64,000 bases of DNA from Candidatus Latescibacterota bacterium. Its GTDB lineage: Bacteria; Latescibacterota; UBA2968. Below the pieces are notes generated by a model that was not told the DNA's origin, did not search any database, and was given only the letters and a program-made list of their open reading frames with translations. The translations under genes were made by a program, and so were the position numbers. Below, piece after piece: positions 21,974 to 31,569 of this stretch (the first letter of the stretch is position 1; each line of letters opens with the position of its first letter). The stretch covers positions 1,088,001 to 1,152,000 of the forward strand of contig OZ242010.1 in the NCBI GenBank assembly GCA_965204745.1. The letters run 5' to 3'.

Positions 21974-22373
21974 GTTCGGGGGCGGTGTCTTGTAGGTGAT
22001 TTGTTGATTATTGTTGATTGTTGTTGCAGTTTGCAGTATCCAAATCCTGTTGTTGGCAAAAAGTCCTGACCATGTAAAACCCGAGGGTATAGCAGTCACT
22101 GTCACACGTCGACCCAGTACGAGGAATGTAGTAAGCGGGCAGTGTAAGGGTCTTTCTGGTAAGCAGTAAGCAGTTGTTTTTAAGCGTCTTCTCAACCGTT
22201 CTTTGAAGAAGTTGAGAAAGACTTTGGGGGTTCCACCCATTCTTGTATCCCGATAGGCTTGGCAACAATTTGAAACCAAGAACCAGCAGGGGGGAGTAAC
22301 GAGAATGCACTGGTTGAACCATTATTGGTTATCTGATAGTCAATAATGGTCAACAGAAAAGGAACAGGTTGTT
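21974..22373. ncRNA. Candidate structured RNA or cis-element between the exbD paralogs
   Basis: AT-richer non-coding 400 nt with several stems (22186-22222, 22238-22307, 22313-22354); no known family recognised. Confidence 0.3.
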
Positions 22374-22781
22374 ATGAATTTTAAAAAAAAAGGCAGTGTC
22401 GCACAGAGCATCCCCACCGGGTCGATGGCCGACATTACGTTTTTGTTGCTCATCTTTTTTATGGTGTCCACGGTTTTTGTTCGGTTCCGCGTGTCCGGCA
22501 TCATCATGCCCAGGGCCGAGAAAATCGAGGAGCTCAAAAAACGCCGTCACATCAACTATTTGTGGGTTTCTGCGGACCGCAAGATCTTCATCGACGACAA
22601 GCTGGCAACTATCGATCAGGTGGCGGGGATCTTCTATGACCGCCGCGTCAAAGACCCCCGCATGGTCGTGTCGCTCAAATGCGACTACCGCGCACCTTAT
22701 GGATTGATCAGCAGTGTGATGGAGGAATTGCGAAAAGCCGATGCCCTGCGGATCAACTTTGCGACCAACCGAGAGGGGTAA
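22374..22781 (+). CDS. exbD: Biopolymer transporter ExbD/TolR (second paralog)
   Basis: SMADITFLLLIFFMVST, LKCDYRAPYG. Confidence 0.9.
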   Translation: MNFKKKGSVAQSIPTGSMADITFLLLIFFMVSTVFVRFRVSGIIMPRAEKIEELKKRRHINYLWVSADRKIFIDDKLATIDQVAGIFYDRRVKDPRMVVSLKCDYRAPYGLISSVMEELRKADALRINFATNREG

Positions 22782-22784
22782 GCC

Positions 22785-23432
22785 ATGGCGATGATTCGAG
22801 GAAAAGCACCCGAAGCCGATTTGCGCCGCCGCTACAACAAGGTTTTTGGAATTTGCACGGCGATCACGTTTATCCTGCACACGGCTGTGGCCGTGATTTT
22901 TCCGACCTTTGAGGCGTCTGCGAGCAATCGCCAGAAGAAGCAACTCATCATTGAAAATGTGGACATTCCGGAAACGCGGCAGATCAAACGCCCGCCGCCG
23001 CCGCCCAGGCCCGCTGTGCCCATTGAAACCGAGAGCGACGACGTGCCCGACGATGTGACTATCGAAAGCACGGATCTCGATTTCGACGATGCCCTGGTCG
23101 ATTTGCCACCGCCACCGCCGCCGGGTTCCGAGGAAGAGGAGGAGGAAATCCTCGAGTTTTACATGGTCGAGCAAAAGCCGGAACTCGTGCATTCCGTCGC
23201 TCCCGCCTATCCGGAAATCGCCCGCAAAGCCGGGTTGACGGGCAAGGTGTTTTTGAAGTTCTTGGTCGATAAGACCGGTCGGGTCAGCAACGTGAGCGTG
23301 CTTAGGGGCCAAGAGATTTTCCGGCAAGCCGCGATCGATGCCATTTTGCAATTCAAGTTCAAGGCCGCGCAACAAAATGACAAGCCGGTTTCCGTTTGGA
23401 TGACGCAGCCGATTTCCTTCCGGCTGAATTGA
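22785..23432 (+). CDS. tonB: Energy transducer TonB
   Basis: N-terminal TM with His, Pro-rich linker, YPEIARKAGLTGKVFLKFLVDKTG. Confidence 0.9.
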   Translation: MAMIRGKAPEADLRRRYNKVFGICTAITFILHTAVAVIFPTFEASASNRQKKQLIIENVDIPETRQIKRPPPPPRPAVPIETESDDVPDDVTIESTDLDFDDALVDLPPPPPPGSEEEEEEILEFYMVEQKPELVHSVAPAYPEIARKAGLTGKVFLKFLVDKTGRVSNVSVLRGQEIFRQAAIDAILQFKFKAAQQNDKPVSVWMTQPISFRLN

Positions 23433-23448
23433 GGAGGCGGTGCGTATT

Positions 23449-23489
23449 GCAAAAGGCCATTGTGCGAGATGGGCAATGGCCTTTTTGCA
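23449..23489. terminator. Terminator hairpin after tonB
   Basis: GCAAAAGGCCATTG...CAATGGCCTTTTTGC. Confidence 0.7.
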
Positions 23490-23576
23490 TCAATGCTCGA
23501 CCCACAGGCCGAAGATGCACTATGAGGCCATCCGCGTTGTAAGTCTTTGTCAACGTTCAAAATAGGAGATTTTTCC

Positions 23577-24767
23577 ATGCGAATGCGTTCCCTTCTCGCG
23601 ATGTTTTCCCTGTCTGTGCTGATGGCGGGTTCTGCCCTTGCCGTGAGTCCAGAATCGGCTGAAAAGTACAATGCCGGGCAGGAGTTGTTCAAAAAGAGAC
23701 GCTATCAAGAAGCACTCGGCGCTTTTGAAGAGGCCGTCAAAAGCGATGGCACAAACGCGCAGGCATATCGCGCGATGGGCAAGACCTATCAAAAGTTGCG
23801 AAATTACAAAGATGCCATCGAAGCCTTCAAGATGGCGACCTCCATCAAGGCGGATTACGCCGCTGCGTATTTTGAACTGGGCCACTTGCAGTTGCAGACC
23901 AAAGACAACACGGGCGCGCAGGCCAGTTTGAAAAAGGTGCTGGAGATCGATCCCAATTTTGAAGGAGGCAAAGCGCGGGCCATATTGAAGGCGGCCTATA
24001 CGAGAGAGGGCAACGCGTTGTTCACGCGGCGCAATTACAAGGCCGCGGCAACGCAATACGAAAATGCCACGCAAGTCGATCCGTCAGACGCGGGGGTGTT
24101 TTACAATTTGGGATTGGCGCGTAAAAATGCCCGTAGCATCAATGCCGCGCGCGAAGCACTCGAGACCGCCATCGACCTCAAGCCAGACCACGGCAGAGCA
24201 CATCGCGTTTTGGGCGATATCTTCAAGGCGACCGGCAAGAATAGCAGCGCGGCCCGTGCGTACTTAAATGCCATCAAAGCCGATGCAAAAGACACGACGT
24301 CCCGGTTGAAACTGGCAACGGTCTATCAGAGCATGAAGCAAAGTACCAAGGCGATTGCCGTGCTTTCAAAAGCCGCGCAGGTCGATCCCCAAAACGCAAC
24401 GGTCCACACGGCACTGGGCAAAGCCTATTCAGATACCAAACAGTACACAAAATCAATCGCCTCCTACCGAAAAGCACTGGGCATCAAAAATACGGCCGAG
24501 GCAAATTATCGCATAGCCGTGCCCTATTTTGAACGCAAGCAATATCAAAACGCCATCACCCACGCCAAAAAGGCCGTGTCTTCGTCCAAATGGCGCGTGC
24601 CCGCCAATGTTATTTTGGGCGATTGTTACCGCGAGCTCGGGCAAAAGGAAACCGCCATCTCATACTACAAAAAAGGCGTGGGGAATCGCCAATACAAGAA
24701 ATACTGCGAAGACCAAATTGATCGCATCCTCAATCCCATGGGCAGCGGAGAAGAAGAAGCCCAATAA
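23577..24767 (+). CDS. Secreted tetratricopeptide repeat protein
   Basis: AGGAG RBS, signal peptide, about 10 TPR motifs. Confidence 0.88.
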   Translation: MRMRSLLAMFSLSVLMAGSALAVSPESAEKYNAGQELFKKRRYQEALGAFEEAVKSDGTNAQAYRAMGKTYQKLRNYKDAIEAFKMATSIKADYAAAYFELGHLQLQTKDNTGAQASLKKVLEIDPNFEGGKARAILKAAYTREGNALFTRRNYKAAATQYENATQVDPSDAGVFYNLGLARKNARSINAAREALETAIDLKPDHGRAHRVLGDIFKATGKNSSAARAYLNAIKADAKDTTSRLKLATVYQSMKQSTKAIAVLSKAAQVDPQNATVHTALGKAYSDTKQYTKSIASYRKALGIKNTAEANYRIAVPYFERKQYQNAITHAKKAVSSSKWRVPANVILGDCYRELGQKETAISYYKKGVGNRQYKKYCEDQIDRILNPMGSGEEEAQ

Positions 24768-24808
24768 TGCTCGCCCCTCGCGGCGATTCTATCCCGATAC
24801 ACAACTCC

Positions 24809-24838
24809 AAAGCGGCATGCATTCCATGCCGCTTTTTG
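24809..24838 (+). terminator. Rho-independent terminator
   Basis: AAAGCGGCATG-CATTC-CATGCCGCTTTTT. Confidence 0.75.
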
Positions 24839-24894
24839 ATTTAGAGGTCGCTATCAGCGATCAACAAAAGCTGATGGCTTTTCGGATCTGGGGC

Positions 24895-25365
24895 CAGAGG
24901 CTATCGGCGCGGTATTGGATAACGGACAACTGATTGCTTGAACGGTTGGGCGTTGCGCGGCCCTCTTGCCTCTTGCCTCTTGCCTCTTGCCTCTTGCCTC
25001 TTGCCTCTTGCCTCTTGCCTCTTGCCTCTTGCCTCTTGCCTCTTGCCTCTTGCCTCTCACGCCTTTTGGGGTTGGGTGAGGACTGAATGAATTGACGACT
25101 GACTGAGGACAGGCACAGGGGCCTGTCCCTTCGGGTGATGGGGACAGAGGCTATCGGCGCGGTATTGGATAACGGACAACTGATTGCTTGAACGGTTGGA
25201 CGTTGGGCGGCCCTCTTGCGTCTTGCGTCTTGCGTCTTGCCTCTTGCGTCTTGCCTCTTGCGTCTTGCGTCTTGCCTCTTGCGTCTTGCGTCTTGCCTCT
25301 TGCGTCTTGCGTCTTGCCTCTTGCGTCTTGCGTCTTGCCTCTTGCGTCTTGCGTCTTGCCTCTTG
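24895..25365 (+). repeat. Duplicated ~67-bp block, each copy followed by a heptamer array: (CCTCTTG)13 and (CCTCTTG/CGTCTTG)22
   Basis: Blocks at 24895 and 25145; arrays 24962-25052 and 25212-25365, counted by eye. Confidence 0.9.
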
Positions 25366-25412
25366 CGTCTCACCTTTTCCCATGCCTTTCACTCCTCGCC
25401 AAAGGAGATGCT

Positions 25413-26192
25413 TTGACCTCCCTTGAAGCCATCCTCCTGGGACTCGTCCAAGGGCTGACCGAATTTTTGCCCGTCAGCAGTTCTGGGCATCTCGCATTGG
25501 CGCAGGCCATTGGAGGCATTCAACCGGGTGACGTCACTTTTGAAGTCATCGTACACTTCGGCACCTTGTTGGCCGTAGTCACGGCATTGCGGGGGCGAAT
25601 CGCGAACTTGGCCGTCGGGTGTTTGAGACGCGACCGCGCATCGTGGCGCACCGTCTCTTTGTTGCTGGTGGGTAGCGTTCCCGCCGGCGTCGTGGGCATT
25701 GCGTTCAAAGACGCGCTCACCGCGGCTTTTGCCAATCCCATGGCCGTGTGCGGGTGCTTGATTGCAACGGGATGTATCTTGTGGAGCACGCGCTTTGCGA
25801 CAGGCCAGCGTTTGGAAATGACGTTTTTAGACGCCCTGCTCATCGGCCTTGCCCAAGCCCTCGCCGTGTTGCCTGGGATTTCTCGGTCCGGGGCGACCAT
25901 TGGCATGGGGCTGTGGCGCGGGATAGATGGCCGCGAAGCCGCGACCTTCTCTTTTCTGATGTCCATTCCCATCATCTTGGGCGCGACGGCCTTGGCAGTC
26001 GGCGATTTGTTGGCCCAAACCCCGGCAATGCACGCGCTTTGGCCCCTGCTGATCGGCGCCCTCGCCGCTTACATATCCGGCGTCTTCGCCATTCGTTGGC
26101 TCTTGGGGTTGCTCAGCGGCGGGCGTTTTGCACACTTTGCCTATTACTGCTGGCTCATCGGCCTCTTGGGCATGGCGTATTTTGGAATGTGA
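25413..26192 (+). CDS. uppP: Undecaprenyl-diphosphate phosphatase
   Basis: LGLVQGLTEFLPVSSSGHL, PGISRSGATI, FSFLMSIP; AAGGAG RBS with TTG start. Confidence 0.93.
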   Translation: MTSLEAILLGLVQGLTEFLPVSSSGHLALAQAIGGIQPGDVTFEVIVHFGTLLAVVTALRGRIANLAVGCLRRDRASWRTVSLLLVGSVPAGVVGIAFKDALTAAFANPMAVCGCLIATGCILWSTRFATGQRLEMTFLDALLIGLAQALAVLPGISRSGATIGMGLWRGIDGREAATFSFLMSIPIILGATALAVGDLLAQTPAMHALWPLLIGALAAYISGVFAIRWLLGLLSGGRFAHFAYYCWLIGLLGMAYFGM

Positions 26193-26200
26193 GCACGGTT

Positions 26201-26587
26201 ATGAAATGCCTATTTCTCTGTTGCCTCGTCTTGCTCGGTTGCGGGGGCGACCCCATCTCGCCCGAGACCGATGTGCTGTCAAATTTCATGTCCATTGCCA
26301 ACGTGCGCCGCGACCCAATTCACAATGCAGCGGGTGACATCATCGGAATCGACATCTCCGCAGAAATCATCAACACAGGCCCGGTGCCCATCATCAGCCC
26401 TGTGATTATGACGTGGAAATTGCGCGGCCCAAACAGCGAAGAAATCGCCCGTGCAACCCACCGGTTCGCCAAATTCGACGCGGGACAAGCACAGGGCATC
26501 GCGCTGACCATGACATTCGCCCCGCGTGAGAATCTATTGGGTGTGCAAGATGTGGTGACGTTTGATTTTGAAGAGAGTAGTCAGTAG
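26201..26587 (+). CDS. Hypothetical lipoprotein
   Basis: MKCLFLCCLVLLGC lipobox; beta-rich Ig-like body. Confidence 0.7.
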   Translation: MKCLFLCCLVLLGCGGDPISPETDVLSNFMSIANVRRDPIHNAAGDIIGIDISAEIINTGPVPIISPVIMTWKLRGPNSEEIARATHRFAKFDAGQAQGIALTMTFAPRENLLGVQDVVTFDFEESSQ

Positions 26588-26787
26588 TCAGTAGTCAGTT
26601 ACCCCGCCCACCCGCCGCACAAAACCACCACTCCCCAAGGCAACCGCTTCTAACCACTGTCTCTTACCTCTCCCGTCTTACCTCTCACCGAAGGGGGTTG
26701 GGTTCGGGCGGACTGACCCCTTGGGCGGTGGAGGGGTTGCTTCACCGCTCCCGTCTTGTATCTTCGGGCGAGCACAGGAGCATCGCC

Positions 26788-26893
26788 CCTACACACTGCT
26801 CGTCTTTGAACGGTCTATCGCCAGTTGTACCCCTTTTGTGCCTTTTGTGCCTTTGAACTGGCTGTCGCCAGTTGTACCCCGCTCGTGGCTAAA
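26788..26893 (-). repeat. Two REP-like units of the 14217 family, reverse orientation
   Basis: CCTTTGAACTGGCTGTCGCCAGTTGTACCCC; flanked by heptamer remnants CTCTTACCTCTCCCGTCTTACCTCTCACC. Confidence 0.8.
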
Positions 26894-26954
26894 ATCCCGT
26901 CTCCCGTCTTACCTCTCACCGAAGGGGGGCGGGGTGGGAACTGACCCCTGACTT

Positions 26955-27806
26955 TCACAACGCTTTCGCCATAGCAATGGCTTCGTGTTCGGACAGGTAG
27001 GGGATGTCTGTGCGGTCCCAGCTCCGTCTGCCGCTGACGCAGTGAATGCCCATGAGTTGTCGCTTTTGCGGGGTATCGGCCCAGGTGACGATGCTTTGCG
27101 GTGGGGTGCTGGCGATCCATTTCTTGACGAAAAAGGGCATGTACCCATAGATGACCATGCGCCGATCCCGCGCACTGGTATTGGCGCAACCCGTGTGCCA
27201 GCAGACCACGTTCCACAGCACTGCGTCGCCGGCATTGAGGGCCATTTTTTGCATGTTGGGCATGGTTTCCAAGGCGTCGCCGGAATAGGCTTCTTTGGGC
27301 GGATAGTCCGGGTTGGTGTGCGTGCCGGGCACGAGTGAAAAGCATCCCATGTCCGACGTCTGCTCGTCCAAAAAATAGAACACTTTGATTTTTAAGGTGT
27401 ATTGCGGATGCGTCCACGGGGGCCAGTCGCGGTGCCAAGCGGTGTGCGCTGCTGTGCCCGCGTGGTGGTTGTGATAGAGCATTTCCATCACTTGATAATC
27501 CGGGCCGACGATGTTTTCGACAAAGGGGATCACGCGGGGATTGTTCGCCAAGTCGAGAATGACCGCGTCCGTGTCGAAGTCTGGGCGAATGGTGTGCGCG
27601 TGCGGCCCGTTGCCGTACCCGTTTCGGAATTTGCCCAAGCGCAATTCTGCCTCGCGCTCGGGGCGGGTCTCGGCTTCGCGGCATTCAAATGCCCGGCGCA
27701 CGCGGTCAAGGCCGATGGGATCGACGGCGTTTTTGAGGACGATGTACCCGTTTTCGTCGTAAAAAGCGCGTTCTTCAGCGGTCGGCGGAGGATAGGGCGT
27801 TGCCAT
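26955..27806 (-). CDS. Phytanoyl-CoA dioxygenase (PhyH) family protein
   Basis: FYDENGYIVL, WHRD, VPGTH, AGDAVLW...WHTG. Confidence 0.85.
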   Translation of the reverse strand: MATPYPPPTAEERAFYDENGYIVLKNAVDPIGLDRVRRAFECREAETRPEREAELRLGKFRNGYGNGPHAHTIRPDFDTDAVILDLANNPRVIPFVENIVGPDYQVMEMLYHNHHAGTAAHTAWHRDWPPWTHPQYTLKIKVFYFLDEQTSDMGCFSLVPGTHTNPDYPPKEAYSGDALETMPNMQKMALNAGDAVLWNVVCWHTGCANTSARDRRMVIYGYMPFFVKKWIASTPPQSIVTWADTPQKRQLMGIHCVSGRRSWDRTDIPYLSEHEAIAMAKAL

Positions 27807-27827
27807 GTCGTTCTCCTGAGATGAAGG

Positions 27828-29069
27828 TCAATTTTGCCCCAGAGGGCGCGGGCCTAAAATGAGCACTGTGCCCGGCATTGGGGGAAAGGCATCGAGGTAT
27901 TGCGGAATTTGGTCTAAGGCGACGGCGTCGATGCGGGCGGCGAGTTCGTCAATGGTTCGCACGCGGCCTTCGAGGAAGAAGCCCTCGATGAGGCCCGCGG
28001 CCCGGCCTTCGGGCAGGTCGCCCAGGGTGAAGAGGTGGCCTTTGAGCACGGTTTTGGCGCGGGCGAGTTCTTCGGCGGTGGCGTCTTTGCCCAAGCGCGT
28101 GAGTTCGGATTGGCACACGTCGAGGGTCTCTTGGGCGCGGTCCGCTGTGGTGCCCGCATAAACGGCCATGAGCCCGCCGCCGCGATAGGCTTGATAAAAG
28201 GCCGATACGCTGTACGCCAAGCCGCGTTTTTCCCGGACTTCGGTGAACAAGCGGCTCGACCCGCCGGCCGAGAGGATGGCAATGGCGAGTCGGCCTGCGT
28301 AATAGAGGTCGTGGCCTTTGGGAACACTGCGAGCGAGCAGGCAAATATGGGCTTGTTCAGAGGGCTTGCTTTGGTGAACGTTGCGGTTTGCAACCGAGAT
28401 AGGATGTGGTGCGCGCTGATCCGAGGGCGCGCTTGCCCAGCCGCCAAAAACATCGCGGATGGCCTCGATCAAGGGCGCGGATCGAAAACCGCCCGCGACT
28501 CCGATGAGCAGGTTGGATGGCTTGCAATGCTTTGCCCAATGCCGGCGCACATCCGCAGGCGCGATGGCAGAGACCGCGTCGGGTTCGCCCATCGGGGTTC
28601 GGCCCATGGGCGCGCCAAGCCCGGCTTTGTACGCCATGTACAGGGCTTGTTGGCTCGGGTTGTCCTCGAGGCGTTTGAGTTCTTCAAGGGTGATGCTTTT
28701 GGCAATTTCGACCTCGTCGTCCGGAAAAGACGCGCTGCGAAACAGATCGGCATAGAGTTCGAGGGCGGGCCTGACTTTGTCCGGCAGGACTTGCGCGACA
28801 AAGGACGTGCATTCGACCGATGTGGATGCACTGCGCCGGATGCCCAAACCGTCAAAGTCGTCGAAGATGGCGCGTGCGTCTCGGTCGGGCGTGCCCTTAA
28901 ACAACACGTCTTCGGCAATGCGCGAGATGCCCAATCTGTCGCCGGGATCGTCTTTCGCACCAAAGGCAAAGCAAAACACCACCACGAGCGATTGCGCCCC
29001 CGGCATGGGTTCAAGGACGACGCGAATGCCATTGTCAAGGGTGTGAATTTCAGGCGTAGAGCCAGACAT
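27828..29069 (-). CDS. M16 (pitrilysin) family protein, probably non-catalytic
   Basis: LFKGT, SSRLFTEVREKRGLAYSV; HXXEH replaced by RIAED. Confidence 0.85.
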   Translation of the reverse strand: MSGSTPEIHTLDNGIRVVLEPMPGAQSLVVVFCFAFGAKDDPGDRLGISRIAEDVLFKGTPDRDARAIFDDFDGLGIRRSASTSVECTSFVAQVLPDKVRPALELYADLFRSASFPDDEVEIAKSITLEELKRLEDNPSQQALYMAYKAGLGAPMGRTPMGEPDAVSAIAPADVRRHWAKHCKPSNLLIGVAGGFRSAPLIEAIRDVFGGWASAPSDQRAPHPISVANRNVHQSKPSEQAHICLLARSVPKGHDLYYAGRLAIAILSAGGSSRLFTEVREKRGLAYSVSAFYQAYRGGGLMAVYAGTTADRAQETLDVCQSELTRLGKDATAEELARAKTVLKGHLFTLGDLPEGRAAGLIEGFFLEGRVRTIDELAARIDAVALDQIPQYLDAFPPMPGTVLILGPRPLGQN

Positions 29070-29309
29070 GAGTACCTCAAAGAAAAGTATCCGCGGATAG
29101 AAAATCACAATGTAGTGGCGACGCCTCCGTGCTCGCCTGATGGTGAAATTTACGCGATGTTGCTATTGACCGCAACGTGAAAATCAGCAATTAGCCCTCG
29201 CGTCCGCCTGATGAACTGCAAAATTCGACCTTGCTTTTCGCACGTTTTTTGAGTAATCTTAGCAGGAGAGTTGTGTCGTTCACCCCACCATCCCACGAGG
29301 AGACGTATC

Positions 29310-30239
29310 ATGACAGATGCAGAGAAGATCGCGCAACACGAACAGAAACTCGCCGATCAGGATCAGCGGCTCATCGCCATCGAGAAGAACGGGGCAGTGA
29401 TCGGCGACCAAGTCAAGCAGAACGCGAAAGAAATTCGCCGCGTAGAGGAGCAGACGATGGATCGCTTTGAGCTCCTGATGCACCAGATGAACGCAGGCTT
29501 TGCGCGCGTGGAGAACCATATTGATCGCGTGGAGACTGGTTTGAAAGAGGAAATCAACCGCGTGGAGACCGGCTTGAAGGAGGAAATTAACCGCGTGGAG
29601 ACCCGTGTTATCCATGTGGAAAAGACTTTGAAGGAGGACATCAGCCGCGTGGAGACTGGCTTGAAGAAAGAAATCAACCAGGTGGAAACTGGCTTGAAGG
29701 AAGAGATTAACCGCGTGGAGACTGGCTTGAAGGAAGAAATCAATCAGGTGGAGACTGGCTTGAAGGAAGAGATTACCCGCGTGGAGACTGGCTTGAAGGA
29801 GGACATCAACCGCGTGGAGACTGGCTTGAAAAAAGAAATCAACCAGGTGGAGACTGGCTTGAAGGAAGAAATCAACCGCGTGGAGACCCGTGTTATACAT
29901 GTGGAAAAGACTTTGAAGGAGGACATCAATCGCGTGGAGACTGGCTTGAAGGAAGAAATCAACCAGGTGGAAACTGGCTTGAAGGAGGAGATTACCCGCG
30001 TGGAGACTGGCTTGAAGGAAGAAATCAACCATGCGGAGACTGGCTTGAAGGACGAGATCAACCGCGTGGATACCCATGTTATCCAGGTGGAGGCCGGCTT
30101 GAAGAATGACATCAATCGCGTGGAGACGAATTTAAAGAATGACATCAACCGCGTGCAGGAGCAAACCATCAAATGGCTGTCATTGATCATTGCGTTTGCG
30201 GTTATCATTATCGGTGCGTTGACATACATCAAAGAATAA
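29310..30239 (+). CDS. Membrane-anchored hendecad-repeat coiled-coil protein (Bdr/DUF1640-like architecture)
   Basis: GAGGAG RBS; many INRVETGLKEE units (33-bp DNA repeat, about 29520-30150); C-terminal TM. Confidence 0.85.
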   Translation: MTDAEKIAQHEQKLADQDQRLIAIEKNGAVIGDQVKQNAKEIRRVEEQTMDRFELLMHQMNAGFARVENHIDRVETGLKEEINRVETGLKEEINRVETRVIHVEKTLKEDISRVETGLKKEINQVETGLKEEINRVETGLKEEINQVETGLKEEITRVETGLKEDINRVETGLKKEINQVETGLKEEINRVETRVIHVEKTLKEDINRVETGLKEEINQVETGLKEEITRVETGLKEEINHAETGLKDEINRVDTHVIQVEAGLKNDINRVETNLKNDINRVQEQTIKWLSLIIAFAVIIIGALTYIKE

Positions 30240-30349
30240 GCGGCTGGCCCCCGTTACTCGCTCCGCTACATGAAGGTGGAAGAACATCTTCCCGTCTCGG
30301 AGATGGGCCGAGGGTAAGCAACAGAGTGGCCCTATTCACCATCAAAACA

Positions 30350-30398
30350 CCGCCCCATCCGAGGTCGCACAAGCGATTTCAGATGGGGTGCTTTTTTG
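30350..30398 (+). terminator. Terminator hairpin; partial second copy at about 50880-50915
   Basis: CCCCATCCGAGGTCGC-ACAA-GCGATTTCAGATGGGG followed by a T-run. Confidence 0.65.
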
Positions 30399-30442
30399 TA
30401 TCTTTGAGCGCGCACGGGGACATCGCCTCTACACGCGACTCG

Positions 30443-30510
30443 CCTTTTGTGTTTTTGTGCCTTTGAACTGGCTGTCGCCAGTTGTACCCCTTTTGTGCCT
30501 TTTGTGGCTA
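30443..30510 (-). repeat. REP-like unit of the 14217 family
   Basis: GCCTTTGAACTGGCTGTCGCCAGTTGTACCCC with TTTTGTGCC nonamers. Confidence 0.8.
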
Positions 30511-30536
30511 TCCATCTCACTTCTCAGGAGATTTCC

Positions 30537-31529
30537 ATGATCATCACAGTTGAAAATTTGCGTGCGTTGTGTCAGTCTATTTTGATCGAGCGCGGGCTTG
30601 ACGCGGCAGACGCGCATGTCGTGACCGATATTTTGATCGAAGCCGAGTTGCGCGGGCGATCCACGCATGGAATGATTCGGTTGCCCGGCATTGTCGAGCG
30701 CGTTTCGCAGGGTGCTTCCGTGCCGATAGTCACGGTCGACGAGGCAGGGGCTTACGCGCTGATCGATGGGCAGGGCAATTTGGGGTATCTCGTGGCGCAT
30801 CGGTGTGCGTGCGTTGCGATTGACAAGGCCAAACAGAGCGGGGTGGGGGTCATCGGGGCGCGCAATACGAGTCACAGCGGGATGCTCGGATACTACGCGT
30901 CGATGATCGCCGATGCCGGGCTGGTGGGCTTGGTGATGTGCAACACCGGCCCGCGCATTGTCCCGTGGGGTGGGCGCGAACCGGTGCTCGGAACAAATCC
31001 CATTGCCGCGGGGTTTCCGTCCGCAGAGGGCCAGGTCTTGGTGGATTTTTCGTGCGCGGCGATTACCAATGGCGAGATTTTGATCGCGCTCAAAGATGGC
31101 AAAGCCATTCCCGCAGGGCGTGCGCTGGGGCCGGATGGCGAGCCGACAACCGATCCGGAACAAGCGCGCAGGGGCGGGGCATTGCCGTTTGGCGAACACA
31201 AGGGGTACGCACTCGGCGTGCTGATTCAGCTTTTTACCGGCGCATTGCTCGCTGCGGATCCCGTGCCCGAGATGGGCGGGAATTACGGGATTTTTGTGCT
31301 GGGCGTCGATCCGCGCATTTTCTTGGGGATCGATGCGTTTCGAGTAGGCGTGGCTGAGGTCGTGCGTGCGATTAAGAACGCGCTACCCGTGGCCGGAGTC
31401 CCCGAGGTTTTGGTGCCTGGGGAACGCGCATTCCGGGAGCGTGCGACGCGGATTCGGGCGGGTATCGCAATAGACGCCGAGCTGATGGCGGAGTTGGAAA
31501 GGCTACAACCGGCATCCGGCGATGTGTAG
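30537..31529 (+). CDS. Ldh_2 family (malate/L-lactate/sulfolactate) dehydrogenase
   Basis: RGRSTHG, RNTSHSG, LGTNPIAAGFP, GEHKGYAL, VPGE. Confidence 0.88.
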   Translation: MIITVENLRALCQSILIERGLDAADAHVVTDILIEAELRGRSTHGMIRLPGIVERVSQGASVPIVTVDEAGAYALIDGQGNLGYLVAHRCACVAIDKAKQSGVGVIGARNTSHSGMLGYYASMIADAGLVGLVMCNTGPRIVPWGGREPVLGTNPIAAGFPSAEGQVLVDFSCAAITNGEILIALKDGKAIPAGRALGPDGEPTTDPEQARRGGALPFGEHKGYALGVLIQLFTGALLAADPVPEMGGNYGIFVLGVDPRIFLGIDAFRVGVAEVVRAIKNALPVAGVPEVLVPGERAFRERATRIRAGIAIDAELMAELERLQPASGDV

Positions 31530-31540
31530 CGGATTTGGCC

Positions 31541-31569
31541 TTGACAGTCCGATTTGGGTTGGCTACTTT
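31541..31569 (+). promoter_or_regulatory. sigma-70 promoter for dapA
   Basis: TTGACA-N17-TACTTT. Confidence 0.65.

Noticed and set aside
21869-22322. Minus-strand ORFs, or a group I/II intron, tmRNA or RNase P RNA, in the exbD gap
   Set aside because: ORFs lack an RBS and protein-like composition; none of the hallmark RNA motifs could be found by eye.
24854-25426. ORFs made of QEARGKR / LASCVLP repeats and the long N-terminal extension of uppP
   Set aside because: Artefacts of stop-free heptamer arrays; uppP has its own RBS and TTG start at 25413.
29520-30150. 33-bp tandem repeat as CRISPR or DGR
   Set aside because: Head-to-tail in-frame coding repeat without spacers; no reverse transcriptase or adenine-specific variation.
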